From Mustelus asterias (lineage: Eukaryota): a stretch of 64,000 bases of DNA. The position numbers were made by a program, and so were the translations under genes. Positions within the stretch are counted from its first letter, which is position 1, and every line of letters starts with the position of its first letter. The DNA is taken from positions 37,696,001-37,760,000 of the forward strand of contig NC_135812.1 in NCBI RefSeq assembly GCF_964213995.1, read 5' to 3'. Under the pieces are notes generated by a model, which saw only the letters and a list, made by a program, of their open reading frames with translations, did no database searches and was not told the DNA's origin. Positions 36,362 through 49,592 of the stretch are shown here, one piece after another.

Positions 36362-39300
36362 GTGGGGGGGGTGAGATTGATTGGGTTGGGGGGGTGGGGG
36401 GGGTGAGATTGATTGGGGGGGTGGGGTGGGGGTGAGATTGATTGGGTGGGTGGGGTGGGGTGAGATTGATTGGGGGGTGGGGGTGGGGGGGGTGAGATTG
36501 ATTGGGGGGGTGAGATTGATTGGGTTGGGGGGGTGTGGTGGATTTGTGGGGGTGGGGGGGTGAGATTGATTGGGGGGTGGGGGGGTGAGATTGATTGGGG
36601 GGTGGGGGGGTGAGATTGATTGGGGGGTGGGGTGGGGGGGTGAGATTGATTGGGGGGTGGGGTGGGGGGGTGAGATTGATTGGGGGGTGGGGGTGGGGGG
36701 GTGAGATTGATGTGGGGGTGGGGGGGTGAGATTGATGTGGGGGTGGGGGGGTGAGATTGATGTGGGGGTGGGGGGGTGAGATTGATTGGGGGGGTGAGAT
36801 TGATTGGGGGGGTGGGGTTGGTGAGATTGATGGGGGGGGTGAGATTGATTGGGGGGGTGGGGGGGGTGAGATTGATTGGGGGGTGGGGGGGTGAGATTGA
36901 TTGGGGGGTGGGGGGGGTGAGATTGATTGGGGGGGTGGGGGGGGTGAGATTGATTGGGGGGGGTGAGATTGATTGGGTTGGGGGGTGGGGGGGTGAGATT
37001 GATTGGGTTGGGGGGTGGGGGGGGTGAGATTGATTGGGGGGGGTGAGATTGATTGGGTGGGTGGGTGGGGTGGGGTGAGATTGATTGGGGGGTGGGGGTG
37101 GGGGTGGGGGGGTGAGATTGATTGGGGGGTGGGGGTGGGGGGGTGAGATTGATTGGGGGGTGGGGGTGGGGGGGTGAGATTGATTGGGGGGTGGGGGGTG
37201 GGGGGGTGAGATTGATTGGGGGGTGGGGTGGGGGGGTGAGATTGATTGGGGGGTGGGGGTGGGGGGTGAGATTGATTGGGGGGTGGGGGTGGGGGGGTGA
37301 GATTGATTGGGGGGTGGGGGGGTGAGAATGATTGGGGGGTGGGGGTGGGGGGTGAGATTGATTGGGGGGTGGGGTTGGGGGGGTGAGATTGATTGGGGGG
37401 TGGGGGTGGGGGGGTGAGATTGATTGGGGGGTGGGGGTGGGGGGTGAGATTGATTGGGGGGTGGGGGTGGGGGGTGAGATTGATTGGGGGGTGGGGGGGT
37501 GAGATTGATTGGGGGGTGGGGGGGTGAGATTGATTGGGGGGTGGGGGGGTGAGATTGATTGGGGGGTGGGGGTGGGGGGGTGAGATTGATGTGGGGGTGG
37601 GGGGGTGAGATGATGTGGGGGTGGGGGGGTGAGATTGATGTGGGGGTGGGGGGGTGAGATTGATGTGGGGGTGGGGGGGGTGAGATTGATGTGGGGGTGG
37701 GGGGGTGAGATTGATGTGGGGGTGGGGGGGTGAGATTGATGTGGGGGTGGGGGGGTGAGATTGATTGGGGGGTGGGGGGGTGAGATTGATTGGGGGGTGG
37801 GGGGGTGAGATTGATTGGGGGGTGGGGGGGTGAGATTGATTGGGGGGTGGGGGGGTGAGATTGATTGGGGGGTGGGGTGGGGGGGTGAGATTGATTGGGG
37901 GGTGGGGGTGGGGGGGTGAGATTGATTGGGGGGTGGGGGGGTGAGATTGATTGGGGGGTGGGGGTGGGGGGGTGAGATTGATTGGGGGGTGGGGGTGGGG
38001 GGGTGAGATTGATTGGGTGGGTGGGGGGGGGTGAGATTGATTGGGTGGGTGGGGGGGGGTGAGATTGATTGGTTGGGTGGGTGGGGGGGGGTGAGATTGA
38101 TTGGTTGGGTGGGTGGGGGGGGTGAGATTGATTGGTTGGGTGGGTGGGGGGGGGTGAGATTGATTGGTTGGGTGGGTGGGGGGGGGTGAGATTGATTGGG
38201 GGGTGGGGGTGGGGGTGGGGGGGTGAGATTGATTGGGGGGTGGGGGTGGGGGGGTGAGATTGATTGGGGGGTGGGGGTGGGGGGGTGAGATTGATTGGGG
38301 TGGGGGTGGGGGGGGTGAGATTGATTGGGGGGGCGGGGTGAGATTGATTGATTGGGAGGGGCGGGGTGAGATTGATTGATTGGGAGGGGCGGGGTGAGAT
38401 TGATTGGGGGGCGGGGTGAGATTGATTGGGGGGGCGGGGTGAGATTGATTGGGGGGGGCGGGGTGAGATTGATTGGGGGGGCGGGGTGAGATTGATTGGG
38501 GGGGGCGGGGTGAGATTGATTGGGGGGGGCGGGGTGAGATTGATTGGGGGGTGGGGGGGTGAGATTGATTGGGGGGTGGGGGGTGAGATTGATTGGGGGG
38601 TGGGGGTGGGGGGGGTGAGATTGATTGGGGTGGGGGGGTGAGATTGATTGGGGGGGCGGGGTGAGATTGATTGATTGGGAGGGGCGGGGTGAGATCGATT
38701 GGGGGGGCGGGGTGAGATTGATTGGGGGGGGGCGGGGTGAGATTGATTGGGGGGGGCGGGGTGAGATTGATTGGGGGGGGCGGGGTGAGATTGATTGGGG
38801 GGGGCGGGGTGAGATTGATTGGGGGGGGCGGGATGAGATTGATTGGGGGGGGCGGGGTGAGATTGATTGGGGGGGGGCGGGGTGAGATTGATTGATTGGG
38901 AGGGGCGGGGTGTGATTGATTGGGGGGGCGGGGTGAGATTGATTGGGGGGGGCGGGGTGAGATTGATTGGGGGGGCGGGGTGAGATTGATTGGGGGGGTG
39001 GGGTGAGATTGATTGGCGGGGCGGGGTGAGATTGATTGGGGGGGGCGGGGTGAGATTGATTGGGGGGGGCGGGGTGAGATTGATTGGGGGGGGCGGGGTG
39101 AGATTGATTGGGGGGGGCGGGGTGAGATTGATTGGGGGGGGCGGGGTGAGATTGATGGGGGGGGGAGTGAGATTGATGGGGGGGGGAGTGAGATTGATGG
39201 GGGGGGGAGGGGAGAGAGAGAGATTGATGCGGCGGGGGGAGTGTGATTGATGGGGGAGGGGAAGTGAGATTGATGGGGGTGGGGGAGTGAGATTGATGGG

Positions 39301-40510
39301 GGGGGGGGGAGTGAGATTGATGGGGGGGGAGTGAGATTGATGGGGGGGTGGGGGTGGGGGGGTGAGATTGATTGGGGGGTGGGGTGGGGGGGTGAGATTG
39401 ATTGGGGGGTGGGGGTGGGGGGGTGAGATTGATTGGGGGGGGGGGCGGGGTGAGATTGATTGATTGGGGGGGGCGGGGTGAGATTGATTGATTGGGGGGG
39501 GGTGAGATTGATTGATTGGGGGGGGCGGGGTGAGATTGATTGATTGGGGGGGGGCGGGGTGAGATTGATTGATTGGGGGGGGCGGGGTGAGATTGATTGA
39601 TGGGGGGGGCGGGGTGAGATTGATTGATCGGGGGGGCGGGGTGAGATTGATTGATTGGGGGGGCGGGGGTGAGATTGATTGATTGGGAGGGGCGGGGTGA
39701 GATTGATTGGGGGGGCGGGGTGAGATTGATTGGGGGGGCGGGGTGAGATTGATTGGGGGGGCGGGGTGAGATAGATTGGGGGGGCGGGGTGAGATAGATT
39801 GGGGGGGGCGGGGTGAGATTGATTGGGGGGGGCGGGGTGAGATTGATTGGGGGGGCGGGGTGAGATTGATTGATTGGGAGGGGCGGGGTGAGATTGATTG
39901 GGGGGGCGGGGTGAGATTGATTGGGGGGGTGGGGTGAGATTGATTGGGGGGGGCGGGGTGAGATTGATTGGGGGGGGGCGGGGTGAGATTGATTGGGGGG
40001 GGCGGGGTGAGATTGATTGATTGGGAGGGGCGGGGTGAGATTGATTGGGGGGGCGGGGTGAGATTGATTGGGGGGGCGGGGTGAGATTGATTGGGGGGGC
40101 GGGGTGAGATTGATTGGGGGGGGCGGGGTGAGATTGATTGGGGGGGGCGGGGTGAGATTGATTGGGGGGGGCGGGGTGAGATTGATTGGGGGGGGCGGGG
40201 TGAGATTGATTGGGGGGGCGGGGTGAGATTGATTGGGGGGGGCGGGGTGAGATTGATTGGGGGGGGCGGGGTGAGATTGATGGGGGGGGGGAGTGAGATT
40301 GATGGGGGGGGGAGGGGAGAGAGAGAGATTGATGGGGGAGGGGAAGTGAGATTGATGGGGGGGGGGAGTGAGATTGATGGGGGGGGGGGGAGTGAGATTG
40401 ATGGGGGCGGGGGGGAGTGAGATTGATGGGGGGGGGGAGTGAGATTGATGGGGGGGGGGGGGGAGAGTGAGATTGATGCCGGGGGGGGTGGGGGGAAGTG
40501 AGATGGATGC
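36362..40510 (+). repeat. G-rich minisatellite in MKS1 intron 1, unit GTGAGATTGATT + G-tracts (GGGGGGT/CGGG)
   Basis: Directly visible tandem array of ~20-35 nt units with a nearly invariant TGAGATTGAT core. Confidence 0.98.
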
Positions 40511-40615
40511 GGCGGGGGCCTCCAAGCAAGTGTAGTGCTATTGATGGGTTTACGGAATTAAAATAATTTTAATCGAAGGTTGCCTGAAGGAAGAAATTAA
40601 GTATTTTTTTTAAAG

Positions 40616-40743
40616 AGTATGGCTTCAGCGGGTAACCCCGACAGCTCTCTTCACCCGACATATTCTGCAACCAGCAGTTCAACAGGAACAAGATCTCATC
40701 GAAATGTCTGCATTTGACGTCCCGACTTCAGAGGGAATAACCT
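40616..40743 (+). CDS. MKS1: MKS1 exon 2
   Basis: ttttaaag|A ... T|gtaagc, phase 2-1; VWLQRVTPTALFTRHILQPAVQQEQDLIEMSAFDVPTSEGIT vs human [30 protein letters not shown]. Confidence 0.85.
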
Positions 40744-40899
40744 GTAAGCTCCACGTTTATGCCACATTTTGGGTTGCCTACTATTTGATCTGCAAGTTTT
40801 TTTCCAAAGTGTGTTTAATGTAAAATTGCTCACATATTAACCACCACAACTGACAACAGTTTGGTTGAGAATGCATAAATCTGTTTATACAGGGCAGAA

Positions 40900-42290
40900 T
40901 TTGTGGATCGTATGAAACTTGGAAGCATTGTGTACTGCGAGGAGGATAGTGTAGAAATTCAGAAGGATATAGAAAGGTTGGTGAAATGGGCAGGCAAGTG
41001 GCAGGTGAAATTCAATGCAGAGAAGTGGAAAGGGAGTGACAACATGAAGTGAAGACTACAATTCCAAAAGTGGGTGCAAGAGTAGAGGGACCTGAGTAAA
41101 TATGTGCATAAGTCATTGAAGGTGTCAGGGCATGTTGAGAGAGCAGTTAATGAAGCACATGGCATCCTGGGCTTTATTATTATGTAAGACAAACTTATTT
41201 ATTATTAAGAAGACAAACACGGGACACGGTGGACAGAGTACCCTTCGTCGTCCAGTACTTCCCCGGAGCGGAGAAGCTACCGCATCTCCTCCGGAGCACT
41301 TCAGTGGTCACAGGCATTCGGCCTCTGATATTCGGGTAAGCGTTCTCCAAGGCGGCCTTCACGACACACGACGGCGCAGAGTCGCTGAGCAGAAACTGAT
41401 AGCCAAGTTCCGCACACATGAGGACGGCCTCAACCCGGATATTGGGTTCATGTCACACTATCTGTAATCCCCACAGCTTGCCTGGACCTGAAGAGTCTTA
41501 CTGGCTGTTCTGTCTGGAGACAATACACATCTCTTTAACCTGTCTTAATGTTCTCTCCACTCACATTGTTTGTATCTCAAAGACTTGATGAGCTGTAAGT
41601 ATTCGCATTCCGACCATTATTCTGTAAATTGAGTTTGTGTCTTAATATGCCCTGTTTGTGAACAGAATTCCCACTCACCTGAAGAAGGAGCTTAAGGCTC
41701 CAAAAGCTTGTGGCTTTTGCTACCAAATAAACCTGTTGGACTTTAACCTGGTGTTGTTAAACTTCTTACTGTGCTTACCCCAGTCCAACGCCAGCATCTC
41801 CACATCTTTATTATTATGGACATAGAGTACCAAAGCAAGGAAGTTATGTTAAAATTGTATGGAAAGCTGTTTCAGCCTCAACTAGAGTATTGTGTCCAGT
41901 TCTGGGCACCACATTTTAGGACGGATTTGAAAGAATTAGAGTGAGTGATGGAATGATTCTAGGGATGAGGATCTTCAGTTAAATTGATAGATTGGAGAAG
42001 TTTGGACTGTTTTCCTTGGAGAAGAGAAGACTTGATAGTATTCAAAATCATGAGAGGTTTGGGCAGAGTAGATAGAGGAAAAACTGTTCCCAATGGTGGA
42101 AAGATTGAGAATCAAAGGGCACAGATTTAAAATAATTGGCAAAAGAAACAATGCAGATATGAGGAGAAACTTTTTCACACAGACAATAGTTAATATCTGT
42201 GACATGAGAGTGTGTTGCAGGCAGGTTCAATTGAAACATTCAAGAGGGGATTAGATTATTATCTGAAAAGGAAGAATATGCAGGATAAGA
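40900..42290 (+). mobile_element. CR1 LINE 3' part interrupted by a Penelope-like element
   Basis: KWAGKWQVKFNAEK and LEYCVQFW motifs. Confidence 0.85.
41185..41805 (+). mobile_element. Penelope-like retroelement (internally deleted) with 13-bp TSD
   Basis: TSD CTTTATTATTATG at 41172-41184 and 41806-41818; GIY-YIG C-terminus EHFSGHRHSASDIRVSVLQG...AEQKLIAKFRTHEDGLN. Confidence 0.9.
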
Positions 42291-43042
42291 AAGAAGGTAC
42301 AGGGATGGCACAAGGTGCCCCGCTGTGTTTTGCTGCACAGCATTTGAGAAAGATTTTATCCCATCAGTAAGGATTAGGCAACACTATTTCAGGATTTCTA
42401 TATTTCCCTTCCTTAGGGTATTCTCTTCCCAGTCACCCAGGGGTGTACATTGATAGCTCTGCTATGTCACTGGGTGCTGGAAGGTGCCAATAAACTTTAT
42501 CTTTCCCTGAGGTTATGTGCCTGGTTTTCCCTCGCTACTTCCCTATAAAGTTGATGATGCACTAATATGAGGAGTGGCCAGTTTCAGGAGGATCTGAAGC
42601 CTATAACTGCAGAGCATAATTCATGATTGTATCCATGCAAGAGTCAGTAGCTTCAAATGAGTTGAAAAGTAAGTGCTTCCAAACATCATGATAAAAAGAG
42701 TGGGAAAGAAATGAGTGCCACAGTAGGAAGACCCCATCCCAATCAACTCCACATCTCCATGACTACATCTCTCTATCTAGTGTCTACAGCATGTCTGGCA
42801 TATTCTTCACTCTGCCATTACCATCAAACCAGTCCTGGACAGGAAGACCAAACCTGGTTCAATAAAGAGTAAAAGAACTTGCCAGAGCAACATCAGGTGT
42901 ACCATAGAATGAGATGGAAACCTGGTGAAGCAACAGCACAGGACTGCACGTATGCCGTTGACAGCTAAACAATCCCATAACCAGTGAGTCAGATGCTTGT
43001 CGCATCCAATTGTGAATGGTGGTGGTGGTGGACAATTAAGTT

Positions 43043-44092
43043 TGTTAGGGTACTGGACCAGAACCCCAGGTTACCTTAGGACACTGGATTTGACCAACAA
43101 TTTTTCTATTTTGACGTAAAGTTGAGGATAGGGTATTTCGCTCCATGAGTAATTCCACTGACTAATTAGGGATCCTTTATAGTAAAACAAACTTTATTTT
43201 ATGACAGAGTTTAACTATAACTCTAACTGTAACTTTAACTATAATGAAGCAATTTAATTATTAACCCTTTAAGAATATTTAAAAATGAAAAATTTCCAAC
43301 TTTTCATTTATTCAGTTCCAAATAAGCAACACCTCTTATAGACTTAAATGCCACTTTAAATACAATTAGTAACCACGAATATACTTGCCATAATGAATGT
43401 AGACGGTCTTGAAGCTTTCAGAGAGATTTTATGGAGAGAGAGCAGCTTGTAGAAAACCTCTGTCTTCAAACAAATCAAGCCTTAACTGAAAAGCTGTTTC
43501 TCTGCTATAGACCTAGCTCCTCCCATTAATCACAGGGGTGGCACAGTGGTTAGCACTGCTGCCTCACAGCGCCAGGGACCCGGGTTCAATGCTCAGCTTG
43601 GGTCACTGTCTGTGCAGAGTCTGCATGCTCTCCCCATGTCTGCGTGTGTTTTCTCCGGGTGCTTTGGTGTCCTCCCACAGTCCGAAAGACTGGTACTGGT
43701 TAGATACATTGGCCATGCTAAATTCTCCCTCAGTGTACCCAAAAAGGTGCCGGAGTGTGGCGACTAGGGGATTTTCACAGTAACTTCATTGCAGTGTTAA
43801 TTTAAGCCTACTTGTGAAACTTTAACACATGACCCTGCCTACCTAAACCCACTTTCCATTCCTTTCATCAAAAACCCCAGGGGACCTTTTTTTTGTAAAC
43901 AAATCTTAGTAAACTATCTTAGTAAACACTACATGGCTAAAATGAGTAATTATCCTGCTCTCCCAGCATCTGAGCTATATTTCCAGACACCCCAACTACC
44001 TTTAGCATAAAGCTGAATTTTAAACATCCCCTTAAGCATAAAAAACAATATATTTCTATCTATAGCAGTAACATACTGTTACTTTCATCAAA
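43043..44092. mobile_element. Solo LTR (probably Gypsy) containing a SINE
   Basis: Starts TGTTAGGGTAC, ends CATCAAA, AGTT on both flanks; collinear with 49593-50343; splits a LINE fragment (42840-43040 / 44100-44640). Confidence 0.7.
43535..43825 (+). mobile_element. HE1-related SINE with alternative tail
   Basis: Matches 15148-15462. Confidence 0.88.
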
Positions 44093-45239
44093 AGTTATTA
44101 AAGGAAGCGGATGTTCCATCCCTCTCTTTGATGATGTCAGAGCCTAGCAAGAGTGCAAAAGACAACGCTAAAGTATTTGCAGCTGTATTTAGCCAGATGT
44201 ATCAAATGGATAATCCATCTCAGCCTCCTTCTGTGCATTCCACCAGCATAAATGGTCATCTTCAGCCAATTTGATTCACTCCACATGATACCAAGAAAAA
44301 GGTCTAAATGCATCGGATAGGGCAAATGCAATGGGCCCTGACAACATCCCTACTGTAGTACTGAAATTCAGCTGTGTCTCTCACCAAGCTGTTCTAGGAC
44401 ATCTACAATACAGGTGGGAATTCACCCATTTATGCTCTGTTTATAAAAAACAGGACCAATCCCATCTAGGCAAGTACACCACCCCATCAGCCTACTTTCA
44501 ATCATCAACTAAGTGAAGTAAGGTTTTATTGTCATTTACTCAGCAACAACCTGGTATTTGACTGAGTGCGACAACAAGGTGCCCTAGTTAAGTTGAAGGA
44601 TGGACAATAAATACAGGCTTCCCAGTGATGCCTACATCCCTAGAATGAATAAAGCAAACCACTGTTTCCCTTTTGGATTACAGCACAATTTGGCAGAAAG
44701 TGATAAATCAGAATGGTTCATAGTTCAATCTCTGGTCTCTTGAGATTCTTAAATCACTGAAATGAATTTATAACCAATCTCGGCACACTGAACAGGGAGG
44801 GGAAAATGTCCTGCTCCAAATCATTGTTAGTTCACCTTTAACAGTAAGTGTGAAATGAAAAACATCAGACTTTGTTACAATGCTCATCCCTCACTCCAGC
44901 AAGCCTGTCACATAGGCTCTAGATTTTGTCTAGTCTCTCATGTGAAGTGAAGCCATTGGGTGGGGTAATATGGAGTGCTCATTGTCACAATCCTGTATAT
45001 CCTGCTTGAAAATCTGAATGTTGTTGATGTTGGATAATAGCATTAGGTTCAGTATTGTGGCCCTCTGCAGTTGAATTCCCTGATACTGGCTGTCCAAGTT
45101 TGAGAATAGTGGATGAGGTATCAGTGGGCATTCGACCCTCGTTGAATCATAGGAGTCATGGCAGAAGGAAGATCTGGGAGGGAAATAGAGTAAATATTTG
45201 TTAGCGCAGCGAACTGTTTGAGCAGGATGTACCCACAGA

Positions 45240-46850
45240 AAAGGGAAATTGGCAGAGGGATATAGACAGGTTAAGTGAGTGGGAATATAATATTGGAAAA
45301 TGTGAAGTTATGTACTTTAAAGGAGCTGAATATTATTTAAATGGAGAAAGAATGCCGAAATCTGCAGCACAGAGGGATTTGGGGATCTTCGTGCATAAAA
45401 TCACAAAAAGATAGTATACAAGTTCAGCAGGTAATATGGAAGGCAAATGGAACGTTGGCCTTTACTTCAAAGGGAATGGAGTATAAAAGTAGGGAACTCT
45501 TGCTAAAACTATACAAGGCACTAGTTAGACCACACCTGGAATACTGTGACCAGTTTTGGTCCCCTTATCTAAGGAAAGATAAACTAGCATTGGAGGCAGT
45601 CCAGAGAAAGTTCACTAGGTTGGCCCAGGTATCGAAACATAGAAAATAGGTGCAGGAATAGGCCTTTCGGCCTTTCTAGCCTGCACCACCATTCAATATG
45701 GTCATGGTTAATCATGCACTTTCAGTATCCCACTCCCGCTTTCTCTCCATACTCCTTGATCCCTTTAACCATAAGGGCCACACCCAGCTTCCTCTTGAAT
45801 ATATCTAACAAACTGGCCCCAACAGCTTTCTGTGGTAGAGAATTCCACAGGTTCACAACTCTGACTGAAGAAGTTCTTCCTCATCTGAATCCTGAATGGT
45901 TTACCTTATTCTCAGACTGTGACCCTCAATTTTACACTTCCCCAACATCATGAACATTCTTCCCACTTCTAGCCTGTCCAGTCCCATCAGGATTTTGTAT
46001 GTTTCTATGAGATTCCCTCTCATTCTAAATTCCAGTGAGTACAAGCCTAGTCGATCCAGTCTCTCTTTATATGTCAGTCCTGCTATTCCAGGAATCAGCC
46101 TGGTGAACCTTTGCCGGACTCCCTCAATAGCAAGAATGTCCTTTCTCAGACTAGGAGACCAAAACTGCATATAATATCAAAGTGTGGCCTCACCAAGACC
46201 CTGTATAACTGCAGCAAGACATCCTTACTCCTATACTCAAATCCTCTTGCTATGAAGGCCAGCATGCCATTAGCTTTCTTCACCACCTGCTGTACCTGCT
46301 TGCCAACCTTCAGCGACTGTTCTGCCATGACACCCAGGTCACATTGCACTTCCCCTTTTCCTAAACTGCCACCATTCAGATAATCTTCCTTCCTGTTTTT
46401 GCGACCAAAATGGATAACCTCACATGGACGGATTTTCTTATGAGGAGAGGTTGAGTAGGTTGGGCCTATATTCATTGGAGTTTAGAAGAATGAGAGGTGG
46501 CCTTATTGAGACATATAGCATTCTCTCGGCTTGACAGGGTAGATGCTGAGAGGTTGTTTCCCCTTGTGGGAGAGTCTGGGACCAGAGGGCATAACCTCAG
46601 AGTAATGGATCACCCATTTAAGCCAGAGATGAGGGGGAATTTCTTCTCTGAGGGTAGTGAATCTGGAATTCTTTACTACAATAGACTGTAGATTCTGGGT
46701 GATTAAGTATGTTCAAGGCTGAGACGGACTGATTTTTAATCAGTAAAGGGTTAAGGCAGGAATGTGGAGTTGAGGATGATCATATCTGATCAGTCATGAT
46801 CTCATTGAATGGCAGAGCAGACTCAATGGGGCCAAATGGCCTACTTCTTA
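45240..46850. mobile_element. + strand CR1 3' end with a - strand CR1 (~45635-46423) nested inside
   Basis: [20 protein letters not shown] on +; CEVIHFGRKN and YSLEFRMRGNLIE on -; + copy resumes at ~46425. Confidence 0.9.
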
Positions 46851-47542
46851 TGGAAATTATATGCAACTTCTGTCACATAGTTAAAATAATGTAAATGTTT
46901 AGATTTTAAGTCGTCAGGGTGAGACTTGCATTCCAGGTTCTTGGGTTGATTTGTTTGAACAATGGAGTCGATGGAATGCAAGAAAAAGAAAGGCCTAGTC
47001 GGCTCTCTAAGAAGTCTCTTTGATTGTATTCCCCACTTACCATCTCTAATCCCACCATTATTCAAACACACCAGCCTAATTGCTTCTTGAATCCTTTACT
47101 AATTTATTTTTGCGCTAAGGTATTTCCTCATTATATTCTTATCTCCTGAAGTGCTACTACCCCAGTCTATTACCACCAGTGCTATGGTGTTTTTGCATTT
47201 ATCAATATCTCTGAAGTACTTTGTTTGGGATGTCTTGTGAAAGGTTATGTATGACTGTAAGTCTTTTCATTATTTCCTGTGTGATGGTGTTCCTAACATC
47301 TACTCTGTAATATTCCTTCATTTTATCCTGACCTGTACTGGTGCATTTCATCTTTTTCTCCTTAACCATGGTGAGGTTTTCCATATTTCTCCATGTCTTG
47401 CTGAGTTAATTTTCCATTGTTTCCTTATCTATGCTTAGGTACTCCTTTACTTTATCCTTGACTATACTAACATGTTTCCTAATTTCTTCTTCACCTTACG
47501 AGACTGGACAAATATTTGTAACCTCTTCCCCTAATTTTTCAG

Positions 47543-47607
47543 CTGGTTATCGGATGTACGACCAAGAGGAGGTTGTGTTGGGTTGGCAAGAGAAATTATT
47601 CAGCCAG
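47543..47607 (+). CDS. MKS1: MKS1 exon 3
   Basis: ttttcag|CT ... CAG|gtaact; (S)GYRMYDQEEVVLGWQEKLFSQ vs human EEEIVIGWQEKLFSQ. Confidence 0.95.
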
Positions 47608-47783
47608 GTAACTCGTCTGTCATTCTACAGTAATATCAGAATCTCAGTGACTGATTTAGAAGCATGTCTATAAAGGAGAAATGATAATGCAAATTCCTTC
47701 AGTTTACATCTTTGCTTTATAGAAGACTAATGGAAGAACGGTGATTGGAAAAGAATACTATAGAATGTCTTCTTTTATTTTAG

Positions 47784-47939
47784 TTTGAAATTGACCTGTT
47801 CAAGAATGAACATGCCTGCCAGAGTCCCCTAGACTTTCAATACCACAAGGAGATTCAGTCTCTGGAGGAAACTGAAGAGAGAAAGAACTTCAGAATCTTC
47901 ACCTATACTGACTTTGATCGATACACCAGCATGGAAGAG
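47784..47939 (+). CDS. MKS1: MKS1 exon 4
   Basis: ttttag|TTT ... GAG|gtacta, 156 nt; [52 protein letters not shown]. Confidence 0.95.
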
Positions 47940-48159
47940 GTACTAAAACTCAATAATCCCTTTTTTATATATTAAAACAATTCAGCAAAGAAAGGATCAA
48001 ATCGAATAATTAAAATCAGTTAAAGTGGGCAAATGTTGATCTTTCAGTTACTTGAAGCTCTGAACAACTTCGGGAGCCTCATGCGGCCAGATAGTATTGT
48101 GCTCATTGTACTGATCATTAACATCTGAAAGTGTCCATTCCTCTGTACTGTATACAGTG

Positions 48160-48470
48160 CATGGTAGCACAGTGGTTAGCAATGCTGCTTCACAGCTCCA
48201 GCGACCTGGATTCGATTCCCGGCTTGGGTCACTGCCTGTGTGGAGTTTGCACATTCTCCTCGTGTCTGCGTGGGTTTCCTCCCACAGTCCAAAGATGTGC
48301 GGGTTAAGTTGATTGGCCATGCTAAAAATTGTCCCCTAGTGTCCTGAGATCGTAGGTTAGAGGGATTAGCGGGTACATATGTAGGGATATGTAGGACCTG
48401 CGTGGGATTGTGGTCGGTGCAGACTCGATGGGCCAAATGGCCTCTTTCTGCACTGTAGGGTTTCTATGAT
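48160..48470 (+). mobile_element. HE1-type V-SINE
   Basis: A/B boxes and CR1-like tail. Confidence 0.9.
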
Positions 48471-49592
48471 ATTGAATAAAAAAAGAGTTATAGGGTTTGA
48501 GAAAGGGAGAATCAGAAGTACGAATTCAAGTCCTACTTGTGATCTGGTGGGCTATACTATTGTTTAACTGAAGAAGGCAACTGTGCTCTTGTAGGAGTGG
48601 GAGGCATCTCCAAACTAAGCTAAAGGTTCCATTGTAGTTGGTCAATTTGCTGGTAGATAATGCTCTTTGAGTTATGGCGAGTCATATAACTAGGGCAGCA
48701 GAGAGAGCTTTAAACTAAATAATAGGGGGAGGAATCATGTGGTAAATTAAAGGGAAAGGACAAGACAATAAAGCAAAACTTCATTGCAGTGTTAATGTAA
48801 GCCTACTTGTGACACTAATAAATACATTTTAAACTTAAAAGGCAGTAAGTTTAATGATGATCTGGATGTGGCAGGAAGGTACAGAATGTACAAATCTAAG
48901 AGTGCGCCAACAGTTAAAGCCAGAGTTTGCAAAAATAGTAGAACAAACTTAAGGCTCTGTATCTGAATGCATGTAGTATTTGTAAGAAAACAGATGAATT
49001 GTCAGCACAAATAGACATAAGCATGTTTGATCTGATAGCCATTACAGAGATGTGGTTGCAAGGTGACCAATACTGTGACCTGAATATCATGGGTACTTGA
49101 CATTTCGGAAGGATAGAAAGCTAGAAAAAGTTGGTAGGTTTCCTACTCGGCGTGAGTGGAGATGTATACAAAAAGAAATAATCAAATACTCACCATAATT
49201 TTAAGTTAGGAAAAGGCATTAAAATTCCCAGAGGGACTTGTTAATTTTTTAACTGCTATGAAGTTTGTGACCAACTGTTGAATAGGATCATGCAGGAGAC
49301 CCCGACCTGATATGAAACAGCAGCCAGCTTTGCAAGAGTTAAATAAATACAACTTCTATTGCAGTCAGTTATAGAAATCAAAGAATCCTACAGTGCAAAA
49401 GCAAGTTATTCGGCCCATCAACTTTGCACCAGCTCTCCGATAGAGCATCCCAGCCAGAGCCTATCCCCATAACTCCACATATTTCCCCACTAATCTTCCC
49501 TAACATACACATCATGGGACACTAAAGGACAATTTAGCATGGCCAATCCACCTATCCTGTACATATTTCAATATTTATTCAGGTTTTCCAAT

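Noticed and set aside
36362-40510. CRISPR-like repeat-spacer appearance, or telomeric repeat
   Set aside because: The 'spacers' are only variable G-runs, there are no cas genes, the DNA is eukaryotic, and the unit is not TTAGGG.
36048-40529. 1493-aa and 1488-aa Pro-rich minus-strand ORFs resembling extensin or formin
   Set aside because: They are translations of the minisatellite, which lacks stops on that strand. They are open in two frames, cross an N-gap and lie antisense in MKS1 intron 1.
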